From: Candidatus Dormiibacterota bacterium
Lineage (GTDB): Bacteria > Chloroflexota > Dormibacteria > Dormibacterales > Dormibacteraceae
Reading direction: 5' to 3'
NCBI GenBank assembly: GCA_003139695.1
Contig: PLJM01000028.1
Coordinates: forward strand, 1,573 to 65,572
Length of the DNA stretch: 64,000 nt
A program made the translations under genes and the position numbers. Below the pieces are notes generated by a model. The model ran no database searches and had not been told where the DNA came from. It was given only the letters and a program-made list of their open reading frames with translations. The first letter of the stretch is position 1. Each line of letters begins with the position of its first letter. Positions 28,753-37,536 of the stretch are shown here, piece by piece.

Positions 28753-30258
28753 GTGAAGATCAATCTCGTAGCCGCCGCTCCAGCCGACATCACGGTCGAC
28801 GCCCTGGCGGTCCCGATTGCCACTGGACAACGTCTCTCCGGCGCCGCAGTCGACCTCGATCGAGCGCTGGGCGGGCTCATCTCGGAGCTGCTGGGCAGCG
28901 GGGAGTTCAAGGGGCGAATCCACGAGGTCATGCCGGTGCCTACCAACGGGCGCATTGCCGCGCGCCGCTTGATCCTCTACGGTCTGGGCGCGATCAACGA
29001 CCTCGACGGGCAGCGGTTGCGCTCGGCCCACCACGAGCTCGTGCGCGCGGCTCGTACTTACGGCTACAGCCGCATTGGCCTGATGCGTGTTGATCCCCTG
29101 AGCACCGACAGCTTGCGGGCGGTGGTCGAGGGATGCGTCATGGGCACCTTCGAGCGCAGGTCACGGCAGACCGGCTCCCAGCCCGAGCGCGGCGAGCTGG
29201 ACGAGCTGATTCTTACCGGCTTCGGGCAGGGCCGAGACCACGAGGTGGTATTGGCGCAAGAAGCCGGCGAGGCGACAAATCGCGCTCGCGAATGGCAGAA
29301 CGCACCGGGCAACGAGCTCACTCCCGACGCGCTCGCGCAGGAGGCTAGCAAGATCGCGAAGCGGCATGGCCTCGAGATCGAGGTGCTCGGCCCCTCCGAG
29401 CTGCGGGCCGGCGGCTACAACCTTCTGCTCGGGGTCGCCGCCGGCTCGACGCAACCCCCGCACATGATCCGGCTGCGTCACCGCGGTCGCGAGCTGGCGG
29501 GCAAGGCGGCCGATGCCAACGCACCGGTGCTTGCTCTCGTCGGCAAGGGCATCACATTCGATACAGGCGGCATCTCGTTGAAAGAGCCGCCATCGATGAG
29601 CCAGATGAAGGCCGACATGGCGGGTGCGGCAGCGGTGCTGGCAGCCATCGATGTCATCGCCGCCCGAAAGGTTCCCCTGGATGTCATGGCGGTCGTCGCC
29701 ACGACCGAAAACATGGTGGGCCCGGCGGCGCAGCGCCCCGGTGATGTGGTGGTGAGCGCGGACGGCAAGACTGTCGAGATTCTCAACACGGACGCCGAAG
29801 GCAGGCTCGTGCTCGCCGACGCTCTCACACATGCGCTGCGCAACGGCGCTACGCATCTCCTGGACCTCGCGACCCTTACTGGTGCGGCCACTATCGCAAT
29901 CGGGCACGGCGCCAGCGCCGCGGTCAGCAATAACGACGAGTTCTGGCTGCTCGTCGAAGAGGCGGCGCGACGTGCCGGCGACCGAGTCTGGAGGCTGCCG
30001 ATATTCGCCGATTACCGTGTGTTGCTGCGCAGCCAGATCGCCGATTTGAGGAACTCGGAGTACGGCGAAGCCGGGGCCATCCTGGGTGGCATGTTCATTG
30101 GAGAATTCGCGCGCGGCAAGCCGTGGGCGCACCTCGATATCGCCGCCTCGAGCTGGAACACAAACGCTGAGCTGACAACCGTTCTGCGCGGACCGTCAGG
30201 GGCCGGGACTCGGCTTTGCATAGAGCTGGCGGAACTCATGGCGAGGACGGAGCGTTAG
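28753..30258 (+). CDS. pepA: leucyl aminopeptidase (M17)
   Basis: GKGITFDTGG, NTDAEGRLVLADAL motifs. The GTG at 28753 follows the upstream stop. Confidence 0.9.
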   Translation: MKINLVAAAPADITVDALAVPIATGQRLSGAAVDLDRALGGLISELLGSGEFKGRIHEVMPVPTNGRIAARRLILYGLGAINDLDGQRLRSAHHELVRAARTYGYSRIGLMRVDPLSTDSLRAVVEGCVMGTFERRSRQTGSQPERGELDELILTGFGQGRDHEVVLAQEAGEATNRAREWQNAPGNELTPDALAQEASKIAKRHGLEIEVLGPSELRAGGYNLLLGVAAGSTQPPHMIRLRHRGRELAGKAADANAPVLALVGKGITFDTGGISLKEPPSMSQMKADMAGAAAVLAAIDVIAARKVPLDVMAVVATTENMVGPAAQRPGDVVVSADGKTVEILNTDAEGRLVLADALTHALRNGATHLLDLATLTGAATIAIGHGASAAVSNNDEFWLLVEEAARRAGDRVWRLPIFADYRVLLRSQIADLRNSEYGEAGAILGGMFIGEFARGKPWAHLDIAASSWNTNAELTTVLRGPSGAGTRLCIELAELMARTER

Positions 30259-30265
30259 GACTTAG

Positions 30266-32146
30266 GTGGGAATCCTCGAGACCATCGAATCGCCGGCTGA
30301 CCTTCGAAAGCTGGACCAGGCTCATCTGACGCAGCTCGCCGAAGAGGTGCGCGCCTTCCTGGTCGAGCAGACATCGCGCTCTGGCGGGCACCTGTCGCCG
30401 AACCTCGGCGTGGTCGAGCTCACCTTCGCCCTGCACCGCGTTTTCGACAGCCCGAAGGACGCCATCGTTTGGGACACTGGCCACCAGGCATACGTTCACA
30501 AGATCGTCACTGGCCGCTGGCGGGATTTCGCTCGGCTGCGCCAGGCGGGAGGCCTCTCGGGATACCCATCGCGCAAGGAATCCGAGCATGACTTCGTCGA
30601 GAACAGCCATGCGTCGACATCCCTCAGCTACGCGTTGGGCATCGCCGAAGCGAGGCTACGCAAAGGCGTAGGCGGTCACGTCGTCGCAGTGATCGGCGAC
30701 GGTGCGCTGACCGGCGGCATGGCATACGAAGCCTTGAACCAGATCGCGCACCTGCAGCCGCCGAACCTGATCATCGTCATCAACGACAACGGCCGCTCAT
30801 ACGCGCCGACCGTGGGTGGCCTTGCTCGCCATCTGTCTCAGCTGCGCGTCGACCCTCGCTACGAGCGCATCAAAGAAGATATCTCGCGCCTTCTTCGCGA
30901 CATGCCTTTGGTCGGTCCTACCGCCGACCAGGCCGCATATCGGGTCAAAGAGGGTCTGAAACAGCTCCTCCAGCCATCGACGATCTTTGAAACCCTCGGC
31001 ATCAAGTACGCGGGGATCGTCGACGGTCATGACGAGCCCGCTCTGGAGGAAGTGCTCTCTCGGTCCAAGCGTCTGCGAGCGCCAACGGTCGTGCACGTGA
31101 TCACCGAGAAGGGTCACGGATATGGCCCGGCCGTCGAAGACGAGGTCGACAAGCTGCACGGCGTCGGCGCTTTCGACCCGTTGACCGGGCGGCCCCGATC
31201 GACGGAGCTCACTTATACAGATGTCTTCGGCGAAGCCTTGATGACGGCAGCGACCACACGACCTGAGGTTGTCGCCATCACAGCGGCGATGGCCTCATCG
31301 ACAGGGCTGCTGAACTTCGCCAAGGAATTTCCTGAACGCTTCTTCGACGTTGGCATCTGCGAGCAGCATGCCGTGACGTTCGCCGCCGGCCTTGCGCTGG
31401 CCGGCATGCATCCCGTCGTGTGCATTTACTCGACGTTCATGGCTCGAGCATTCGACCAGACGATCATGGACGTGGCTCTGCACAAGCTTCCGGTCGTCTT
31501 CATCATCGACCGCGCCGGCGTGACCGGCCCGGACGGCTCTTCGCACCACGGCGTCTTCGACCTTTCGTTTCTTCGCCTCATCCCGAATCTCAAGATCGCA
31601 GCCCCTGCCGACGCGACTGAGCTCTGCGCGCTGCTCGAGACGGCGCTGGCGTCAGACGGCCCGATTGCGATTCGCTACCCGAAGGGCCCTGTGCCCTCGA
31701 CTCCGGAGCTGCCCGTTGAACCGCTGCCGATTGGCCGGTGGGAGGAGCTGCGCAAGGGATCCGACGCAGTGATCTTCGCAGTCGGACGCATGGTCGAGGT
31801 GGCCATGGAAGCAGCCGAACGGCTGGAGCTCCAGAAGGTCTCCTGTGCGGTGGTCAACTCGCGATGGATCAAGCCGGTCGATCCCAGAATCGTGGACTGG
31901 GCGCGGACCCACCCGGTCGTCGTGACGGTCGAGGACAACGTGGGGGCCGGAGGATTCGGCGGCGCGGTGCTCGAGACGCTCGCCCCGCATGGGCTTGCCG
32001 GTCGCGTGCGTGTGCTGGCGCTGCCTGACGAATTCCTGCCTCAGGGCAAGGCGTCGGACATCTTGAAGGAGCACGGCCTGGATTCGGCCGGCGTTGCCAA
32101 ATCCGTCTACGAGGCTATCAAAGGCAAAGTGCGAACGGAGACGTAG
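30266..32146 (+). CDS. dxs: 1-deoxy-D-xylulose-5-phosphate synthase
   Basis: GGHLSPNLGVVELT, WDTGHQAYVHK, GDGALTGGMAYEALN. 626 aa. Confidence 0.95.
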   Translation: MGILETIESPADLRKLDQAHLTQLAEEVRAFLVEQTSRSGGHLSPNLGVVELTFALHRVFDSPKDAIVWDTGHQAYVHKIVTGRWRDFARLRQAGGLSGYPSRKESEHDFVENSHASTSLSYALGIAEARLRKGVGGHVVAVIGDGALTGGMAYEALNQIAHLQPPNLIIVINDNGRSYAPTVGGLARHLSQLRVDPRYERIKEDISRLLRDMPLVGPTADQAAYRVKEGLKQLLQPSTIFETLGIKYAGIVDGHDEPALEEVLSRSKRLRAPTVVHVITEKGHGYGPAVEDEVDKLHGVGAFDPLTGRPRSTELTYTDVFGEALMTAATTRPEVVAITAAMASSTGLLNFAKEFPERFFDVGICEQHAVTFAAGLALAGMHPVVCIYSTFMARAFDQTIMDVALHKLPVVFIIDRAGVTGPDGSSHHGVFDLSFLRLIPNLKIAAPADATELCALLETALASDGPIAIRYPKGPVPSTPELPVEPLPIGRWEELRKGSDAVIFAVGRMVEVAMEAAERLELQKVSCAVVNSRWIKPVDPRIVDWARTHPVVVTVEDNVGAGGFGGAVLETLAPHGLAGRVRVLALPDEFLPQGKASDILKEHGLDSAGVAKSVYEAIKGKVRTET

Positions 32147-32151
32147 GGCAG

Positions 32152-32556
32152 CTAGAGCTTTTTTCGGCCTCCGAAGCCCTCGCCGATGTGATGCCAATGC
32201 TCGACTCGCTCTTCACCGAGCTTCCAACACAGCTCGACCAGCTCACCGTCTCGGTATGACGGAAAATCGATAAGGCCCTCGAGCGGACCCTTGAGCTGAA
32301 TGCCCATTCCGTTCAGGTTCGCGACTGCCTTCAGCAGCTCCATCTCTGCACCGCCCGCCGCATCACGAGCCTGCTGCTGGCGCTCCTGGTGCTCCGCGCC
32401 CGCTCCGGGTCTCTTCGATTCGTACTGCGCAATCCGGGCCTGGTCCTCGAGCTCCGGTAGGAGGGCGGAAAGCTCGGCAATTTGGGCAACGATCCTGCGC
32501 ACGCGCGGCAACTCGTTGTTCGCCTCTTCGACCGTATACGTGCGGAGCCTTTGCAC
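32152..32556 (-). CDS. DUF2203 family protein
   Basis: Only the last 134 codons of the 602-aa track ORF look genuine (YTVEEANNELPRV...GIQLKGPLEGLIDFPS...LCWKLGE). GTG start at 32556. Confidence 0.6.
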   Translation of the reverse strand: MQRLRTYTVEEANNELPRVRRIVAQIAELSALLPELEDQARIAQYESKRPGAGAEHQERQQQARDAAGGAEMELLKAVANLNGMGIQLKGPLEGLIDFPSYRDGELVELCWKLGEERVEHWHHIGEGFGGRKKL

Positions 32557-32613
32557 GGTTAAAAGATAGCTTCCGCCGGGCAGACTTCGCTTATGCGAAA
32601 GGGGGCGTTTCGA

Positions 32614-33306
32614 ATGGCCGATGCCATCACCTGGCTGCGGATCGTTCTTCTGCCGCTCATCTGGGTGTACGCGCTGATGGGCGACGGGCGAATCGTCGGG
32701 GCGGGCTTGATCGCCGTCGGAGTCACCGATTTCTTCGACGGGTTCGTCGCTCGCCGCTTCGGACAGGTCTCGCCCGCGGGCGCGCGCCTCGATCTGATCG
32801 CTGACACGCTCGTCCTGCTTTCGGCCGCCGCCTGGATCGTAGCGCTGGATCCTGAGGTCGTCGGCGACAACGCAGCACTGATCGCCTGCGCGTTTTTGGT
32901 CTACCTGATCGCGGTCGGGATCGGCATCGTCAACCTTCGACGTCTCCCGAACCTGCGCCTCTTCTCGTCGAGGGTAGCGGGCGGGCTGCTCTACGCGTTC
33001 GCGGTCATCACGTTGATTGGTGGCCGCTACGACAGGCTGCTGCTTGTGGTCGCGGTCGGCGCTTTCATCGTCTCGTGCGTCGAGACGGTTGCCGGAGAGC
33101 TGCTGTTCTCGGTCGCCGACGCCAACATCGGTTCCGTGCTGCTGGAGTGGAAAAGGCGCGCCGACATCAGTACCGTCCAGGCCAATGGCAGTGCGAGCAA
33201 GCAGCGCTCCCAGGCGCCGACCGCGAATGTGGTGGGCAGCAAGGCAAGTCCAATCAGCAGCATTCCGACGGACGCGGCGCCGACTCGAAACGAGAGCCGG
33301 CCATAG
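32614..33306 (+). CDS. CDP-alcohol phosphatidyltransferase family protein
   Basis: DFFDGFVARRFGQVSPAGARLDLIAD matches D-x2-DG-x2-AR-x8-G-x3-D-x3-D. Multi-TM. Confidence 0.75.
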   Translation: MADAITWLRIVLLPLIWVYALMGDGRIVGAGLIAVGVTDFFDGFVARRFGQVSPAGARLDLIADTLVLLSAAAWIVALDPEVVGDNAALIACAFLVYLIAVGIGIVNLRRLPNLRLFSSRVAGGLLYAFAVITLIGGRYDRLLLVVAVGAFIVSCVETVAGELLFSVADANIGSVLLEWKRRADISTVQANGSASKQRSQAPTANVVGSKASPISSIPTDAAPTRNESRP

Positions 33307-33758
33307 CCGCGCCAGCCTTCGCGCCCGCGCAGCGAGGGTGCGATGGCCAGTGGAGCGGCCACCAACGCCAGCATTCCCGTGGCAGTTGCGAATCGGTGAA
33401 TCGTCGAGGCTTGCTCTGAGGCCGGGTTGAGGGGCACCAGGGCGGCGACCACCAACGAAGCGCCGGCGATCGCCAGCAGGGCCCGGCCGCCGAAAGCGCC
33501 CGGTCCCAAATTGGCCGCCAGCCCGATAAGGGCCAGACCGACGAACAAGATCGAAAACCCGATGACGAGCGCTGCGGGTAGCCCGGGCTCGGCGAGACGA
33601 CTGATCGTCTTCAGAGCCGGATCGTATCCCGGCGTCATCATGCCGCCGATCAGGACGATGGGCACCGACAAAACGGGCGCGCCGATACCAAGCACCGCGG
33701 TGACGCGCCTCACCGGGCAACGATAGTCGCAAACTGCGCTGATGGATCGGCGTGACAT
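33027..33758 (-). CDS. DUF998-like integral membrane protein
   Basis: 243 aa with about 6 helices and a PGYDPALKTISRLAEPG motif. The 3' tail overlaps the convergent phosphatidyltransferase gene. Confidence 0.55.
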   Translation of the reverse strand: MSRRSISAVCDYRCPVRRVTAVLGIGAPVLSVPIVLIGGMMTPGYDPALKTISRLAEPGLPAALVIGFSILFVGLALIGLAANLGPGAFGGRALLAIAGASLVVAALVPLNPASEQASTIHRFATATGMLALVAAPLAIAPSLRGREGWRGYGRLSFRVGAASVGMLLIGLALLPTTFAVGAWERCLLALPLAWTVLMSARLFHSSSTEPMLASATENSSSPATVSTHETMKAPTATTSSSLS

Positions 33759-34152
33759 GGAGCGTCGTGTCGCGTCTGCGTACGTCGCGCGTTTGGCGAC
33801 CGTCGGCGCAGATGGACGGCCGCATATCGTGCCGATCTGCTTCGCGCTCGACGAGCAGACCCTCTACTTCGCGGTCGACTCGAAGCCCAAACAAACGACC
33901 AATCTGAAGCGCCTCCGCAACATCGCCGCGAACCCTGCGATTTCGGTTCTCGTCGACCATTACGAAGCCGACTGGGACAAGCTGTGGTGGGTTCGGCTTG
34001 ACGGCGTTGCGCGAGTGGTGACTGATGACGGCGAGGTCAAAAGAGCGCTGCGTCTCCTCGCCGCGCGTTACTCCCAGTACCGCGCCACCACGCCGGCCGG
34101 CCCTGTCGTCGCCGTCGCCGTTGCCGGCATGACCGGCTGGTCCGCGACCTGA
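33742..34152 (+). CDS. PPOX-class (pyridoxamine 5'-phosphate oxidase-like) probable F420-dependent enzyme
   Basis: 136 aa. ARLATVGADGRPHIVPICFAL...YFAVDSKPK...NPAISVLVDHY..DW..LWWVRLDG. Confidence 0.7.
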   Translation: MDRRDMERRVASAYVARLATVGADGRPHIVPICFALDEQTLYFAVDSKPKQTTNLKRLRNIAANPAISVLVDHYEADWDKLWWVRLDGVARVVTDDGEVKRALRLLAARYSQYRATTPAGPVVAVAVAGMTGWSAT

Positions 34153-35411
34153 CCGCCCAAGACCAGCTCGGGCTGCGCCTGCTCGACCGGATAAAGGAGG
34201 GGCTGCGCGTCCACGGCGGCTGTGCCCAGCGGGTACGGCCCCACCGTTTTGCCGTTGATCGACGCGGTCCAGCTCACCGAATAGGTCACCGTCGAGCTGA
34301 CGTGATACCCGGCCTGATCGTGGGCCTGGTACACGTGCGCAACCGCCGAGGCCTGCGGGTACGGGCGTCCGAACCCTGACGCATCAGGAAAGCTGGCGGA
34401 GCCGCCATCGCCGAAATCCCACGCGGCGCCGGTTGGGACGGCGGTCACGGCATAGTCAATGCCCTTGTCGGTCTCATGCACCGTCGTCGCCACCGGCGTA
34501 GGTGCCAGCCATAGCAGCGAGTCGAGGCCGACCAGGCCCGGCGCGATTGGATTGGCCGCCACCTTGCTTGCGAGCGCGCTCCAGTCGGGCATCGGCGGCG
34601 GCTCCAGCGGCCCGGCGCACGCTGCGCGCTCTCCGGTGGCGTTGAGCAGCTTGTCCAGCGCGATGACATGAACGCATGCAGTCTCCCCCGCCCTCATGTC
34701 CGATTGGGTCAGTGTGCGCGGGCCGGCTGATGAGGCCGGCTGCAGGCGATTCTGTGAGCTGCCGACCGTAAGCCATGACGAGTAGTGGCCCATGCCCGAG
34801 GCGAAGTAATCCTTGCCCGCCCCATCGCCCTGGTCGCTGACAGGGTCCCAGGTGAAGGACACCGAGGTCGTGGACATATCCGTGACCCTCGGTTGGGGCG
34901 CAAATGGCGGCCGTGCATCGACGTAAATGTCGACGACCGGATAGCCGTATTGGTCGGCCATGAACGGTGGCGGCGACCCATTGCCGTAGGCGCCAACTCC
35001 GCATTGCCCGCCAAAGGTCCAGTTGTAATAGGCGATGTACTCCTTAACGTGCCCATGGACCGACCAGCCGTTGGTCGCGAAGTTCCAGTGGTAGTGGTCG
35101 GGATAGTTCTCGTGGAGGAGCTTCACCCAGCCTGAGGCGTCGCCCGGCGATCCCCTGAAATCGCCGTAGAAGTAGCCGTACCAATCGTCGTAACCGGGGT
35201 TGGGGTGAAAGCCGTAGAACGTGTTCTGCTCCGGGTTGGTGCCGACATGAGGGTCGTTAGTGACGACGGTGGCCACCCACATGTCGGAGAAGTTGGTGCA
35301 CCACCCGGGTGGATCGCCGTAGATAGCGCTCCCCCAGCCTGACGCGGCCGCAACTGGCGCTGGACGCAGCGCAAGGATCACAACGAGGATTAACGCCGAA
35401 AGGCGCCGCAT
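34068..35411 (-). CDS. secreted protein: unassigned aromatic-rich N-domain plus FN3-like plus PKD-like domains
   Basis: Signal peptide (LILVVILALRPAPVAAASG), FN3-like (TSVSFTWDPVSD), PKD-like (AWDFGDGGSA...VAHVYQ). Confidence 0.6.
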   Translation of the reverse strand: MRRLSALILVVILALRPAPVAAASGWGSAIYGDPPGWCTNFSDMWVATVVTNDPHVGTNPEQNTFYGFHPNPGYDDWYGYFYGDFRGSPGDASGWVKLLHENYPDHYHWNFATNGWSVHGHVKEYIAYYNWTFGGQCGVGAYGNGSPPPFMADQYGYPVVDIYVDARPPFAPQPRVTDMSTTSVSFTWDPVSDQGDGAGKDYFASGMGHYSSWLTVGSSQNRLQPASSAGPRTLTQSDMRAGETACVHVIALDKLLNATGERAACAGPLEPPPMPDWSALASKVAANPIAPGLVGLDSLLWLAPTPVATTVHETDKGIDYAVTAVPTGAAWDFGDGGSASFPDASGFGRPYPQASAVAHVYQAHDQAGYHVSSTVTYSVSWTASINGKTVGPYPLGTAAVDAQPLLYPVEQAQPELVLGGQVADQPVMPATATATTGPAGVVARYWE

Positions 35412-35462
35412 GAATCGCGACGGTACTAACGATTGGGCGCAGAGAAAACCCAGCCGGTTAAC

Positions 35463-35954
35463 CTAGCGCCACCGGTCGGGTGTGAGGTCCTGATCATCGA
35501 CCACCAACCAGCTGCCGCCAACGTTCTGCAGGCGCGCCCACCATTGACCCGCCGTTGAGGACCACGGCGGATTCGGTTGGCCCGGACTCACCAGCCGGCG
35601 TTCCGCGACGACCTGCAGCACGGCCTCGCCCGCAAGTGGATCCCAGAAGACCAGTTCGCGGGTTGAACTGCGTTCCTCCTCGCTCATGCCTTGCATGGAC
35701 AGTCGATCGGATTGAGCCCGAAGCCTCTGTAGCGCTATCCCACCAAATGCGTCTGCAAAGTCCGCGGTCCTCGGAAACTCAAGGGATTGGCGTCGTATGT
35801 CATCCGCCCGAAGCATCAGCTGCTGGGCTTGATCCCGGCTCAAAGTCGGCGGTGTCGGCGCGGGTCGTGTCGTCGTGGCGACGTGAGCGCTGCAGGCCGC
35901 CATGAAGATGGCCGAGGCGAGCGCAAGGATCGACTTCACCTTCACCTCCGCCAA
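35463..35954 (-). CDS. hypothetical lipoprotein
   Basis: Signal peptide with lipobox (IFMAAC). 163 aa. Lies 51 nt upstream of the secreted protein gene on the same strand. Confidence 0.5.
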   Translation of the reverse strand: MAEVKVKSILALASAIFMAACSAHVATTTRPAPTPPTLSRDQAQQLMLRADDIRRQSLEFPRTADFADAFGGIALQRLRAQSDRLSMQGMSEEERSSTRELVFWDPLAGEAVLQVVAERRLVSPGQPNPPWSSTAGQWWARLQNVGGSWLVVDDQDLTPDRWR

Positions 35955-36004
35955 GCTAGTCGCGGCATAAGAGTTTTCCCAGCCACCAAGTTAAGGATCG
36001 CTAC

Positions 36005-36033
36005 TTGACGAGACGCGACGTCTCGTCTAGTAT
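36005..36033 (+). promoter_or_regulatory. sigma70-type promoter with embedded palindromic operator for the tetR-ABC operon
   Basis: TTGACG (36005-36010), 17-nt spacer, TAGTAT (36028-36033). Perfect 9-bp inverted repeat GACGAGACG-cga-CGTCTCGTC at 36007-36027. Confidence 0.65.
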
Positions 36034-36040
36034 CGTATCG

Positions 36041-36823
36041 GTGGCGACGCGAACCCGGGATCGCATCCTCCGGAAGGCGGCCGGGGTGCTTGCCACGGGA
36101 GAAAAACCGACAGTGGCGCAGTTTGCCGAAGCAGCGGGCGTGTCTCGGGCCAGCTTCTATCGAGCCTTCGAGTCACGAGGCGCCTTGCTCGAAGCCTTGG
36201 CCGTGCAGCCTGAGCCCGGGGCACGAGAACGAATCCTGGATGCAGCCTTCGACCTGGTTGGCGCGCACGGGTTGGCCGCCCTCTCCATGGATGACCTGGC
36301 CACTCAGGCCGGGGTCTCACGGGCCACCCTCTACCGCCTGTACCCGGGCAAGCCGGCCCTCTTCACGAGCCTCGTCCGGACCTACTCACCGCTGGAACCA
36401 GTGAGCCGCCTGGCAACCGAGATGAAAGACGAGCCTCCAGAGGTCGTGATGCCTGAGATCGCGCGGAGCGTCTATCGCACCGTTTACGGGTCAGGCAAAC
36501 CGCGCCTCGGCCTTCTGCGGGCAGCAATCTTCGAAGTGAGCTCATTGGTCCCGGACGCGGAAGAGACTGTGCGCGAGGCACTGCAAACGATCGTGGGATC
36601 GGTCGGGGCTTACGTGCTGGCACAGATGATGTCAGGGCGGCTGCGCCCGATGTCCCCGCTGCTGGCGCTGCAATTGTTCGTCGGTCCGATTTTCATTCAC
36701 GTGCTGACGAAGCCGGCCTTGGAGCGCGCGCTGGGCATCGATATCGACGGTGAGCAGGCGGTGACCGAGCTGGCCGAGAGCTGGCTGCGGTCGATGCGGC
36801 CGGATGAGGAGGAAACACAATGA
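36041..36823 (+). CDS. TetR family transcriptional regulator
   Basis: HTH TVAQFAEAAGVSRASFYRAF and a second TetR-like repeat. The GTG at 36041 is preferred because the track TTG at 36005 is the -35 box. Confidence 0.8.
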   Translation: MATRTRDRILRKAAGVLATGEKPTVAQFAEAAGVSRASFYRAFESRGALLEALAVQPEPGARERILDAAFDLVGAHGLAALSMDDLATQAGVSRATLYRLYPGKPALFTSLVRTYSPLEPVSRLATEMKDEPPEVVMPEIARSVYRTVYGSGKPRLGLLRAAIFEVSSLVPDAEETVREALQTIVGSVGAYVLAQMMSGRLRPMSPLLALQLFVGPIFIHVLTKPALERALGIDIDGEQAVTELAESWLRSMRPDEEETQ

Positions 36824-37536
36824 GTGAGGCGTTCGCGGTTGATGTCGACAACGTCGTCAAGTCGTTCGGAACGCTGCGGGCGCTCGACGGCATCACCCTT
36901 CGCGTGAGACAAGGCGAGATCTACGGCCTGCTTGGCCCGAACGGGTCGGGCAAGACCACTTTGATCCGCGCCATCGTTGGCCTGGTCGCTCCTGACTCCG
37001 GGAACGTCAGCGTCCTCGGCCACAGCATGCCCGACTTGAACATCCTCAGCAGCGTCGGTTACATGACCCAGGCGGCCGCCCTCTACCCAGATCTTTCGGT
37101 AGAGGAGAACCTGCGCTTTTTCGCCGCGATATCCGGAGCCGACGGCAACGTCACCGAGGTATTGAAGACGGTAGAGCTCGAAGCGAGACGTAAATCGGTC
37201 GTCAGCACTCTCAGCGGCGGAATGCGGCAACGGTGTTCGCTCGCGTGCGTGCTAGTGCACCACCCACGCCTTCTCCTACTCGACGAACCAACGGTTGGCG
37301 TGGACCCACAGCTGCGCGTGCAGTTCTGGGAGCACTTCCGTGACATGGCCGCCGCCGGCACAACGATCCTCGTCTCCAGCCACGTGATGGATGAAGCGGA
37401 ACGCTGCCAGCGCCTGGGCCTCATACGGTTCGGAAAGCTGCTTGGTGAGGGTTCTCCGGCCGAGATCCGGGCCGCCGCGGGCACCAACAACCTCGAAGAA
37501 GCCTTCCTCAAGCTGTCGGGGAGGGCCTCGGAATGA
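36820..37536 (+). CDS. ABC transporter ATP-binding protein (ABC-2/DrrA-like)
   Basis: Walker A GPNGSGKTT, signature LSGGMRQR, Walker B LLLLDEP. Confidence 0.9.
   Translation: MSEAFAVDVDNVVKSFGTLRALDGITLRVRQGEIYGLLGPNGSGKTTLIRAIVGLVAPDSGNVSVLGHSMPDLNILSSVGYMTQAAALYPDLSVEENLRFFAAISGADGNVTEVLKTVELEARRKSVVSTLSGGMRQRCSLACVLVHHPRLLLLDEPTVGVDPQLRVQFWEHFRDMAAAGTTILVSSHVMDEAERCQRLGLIRFGKLLGEGSPAEIRAAAGTNNLEEAFLKLSGRASE

Noticed and set aside
32152-33960. 602-aa minus-strand ORF, the longest hypothetical in the region
   Set aside because: Most of it is Arg/Gly/Asp-rich. It runs antisense to the CDP-alcohol phosphatidyltransferase gene and out of frame with the DUF998 gene. Only the last 134 codons (DUF2203-like) look like a real protein.
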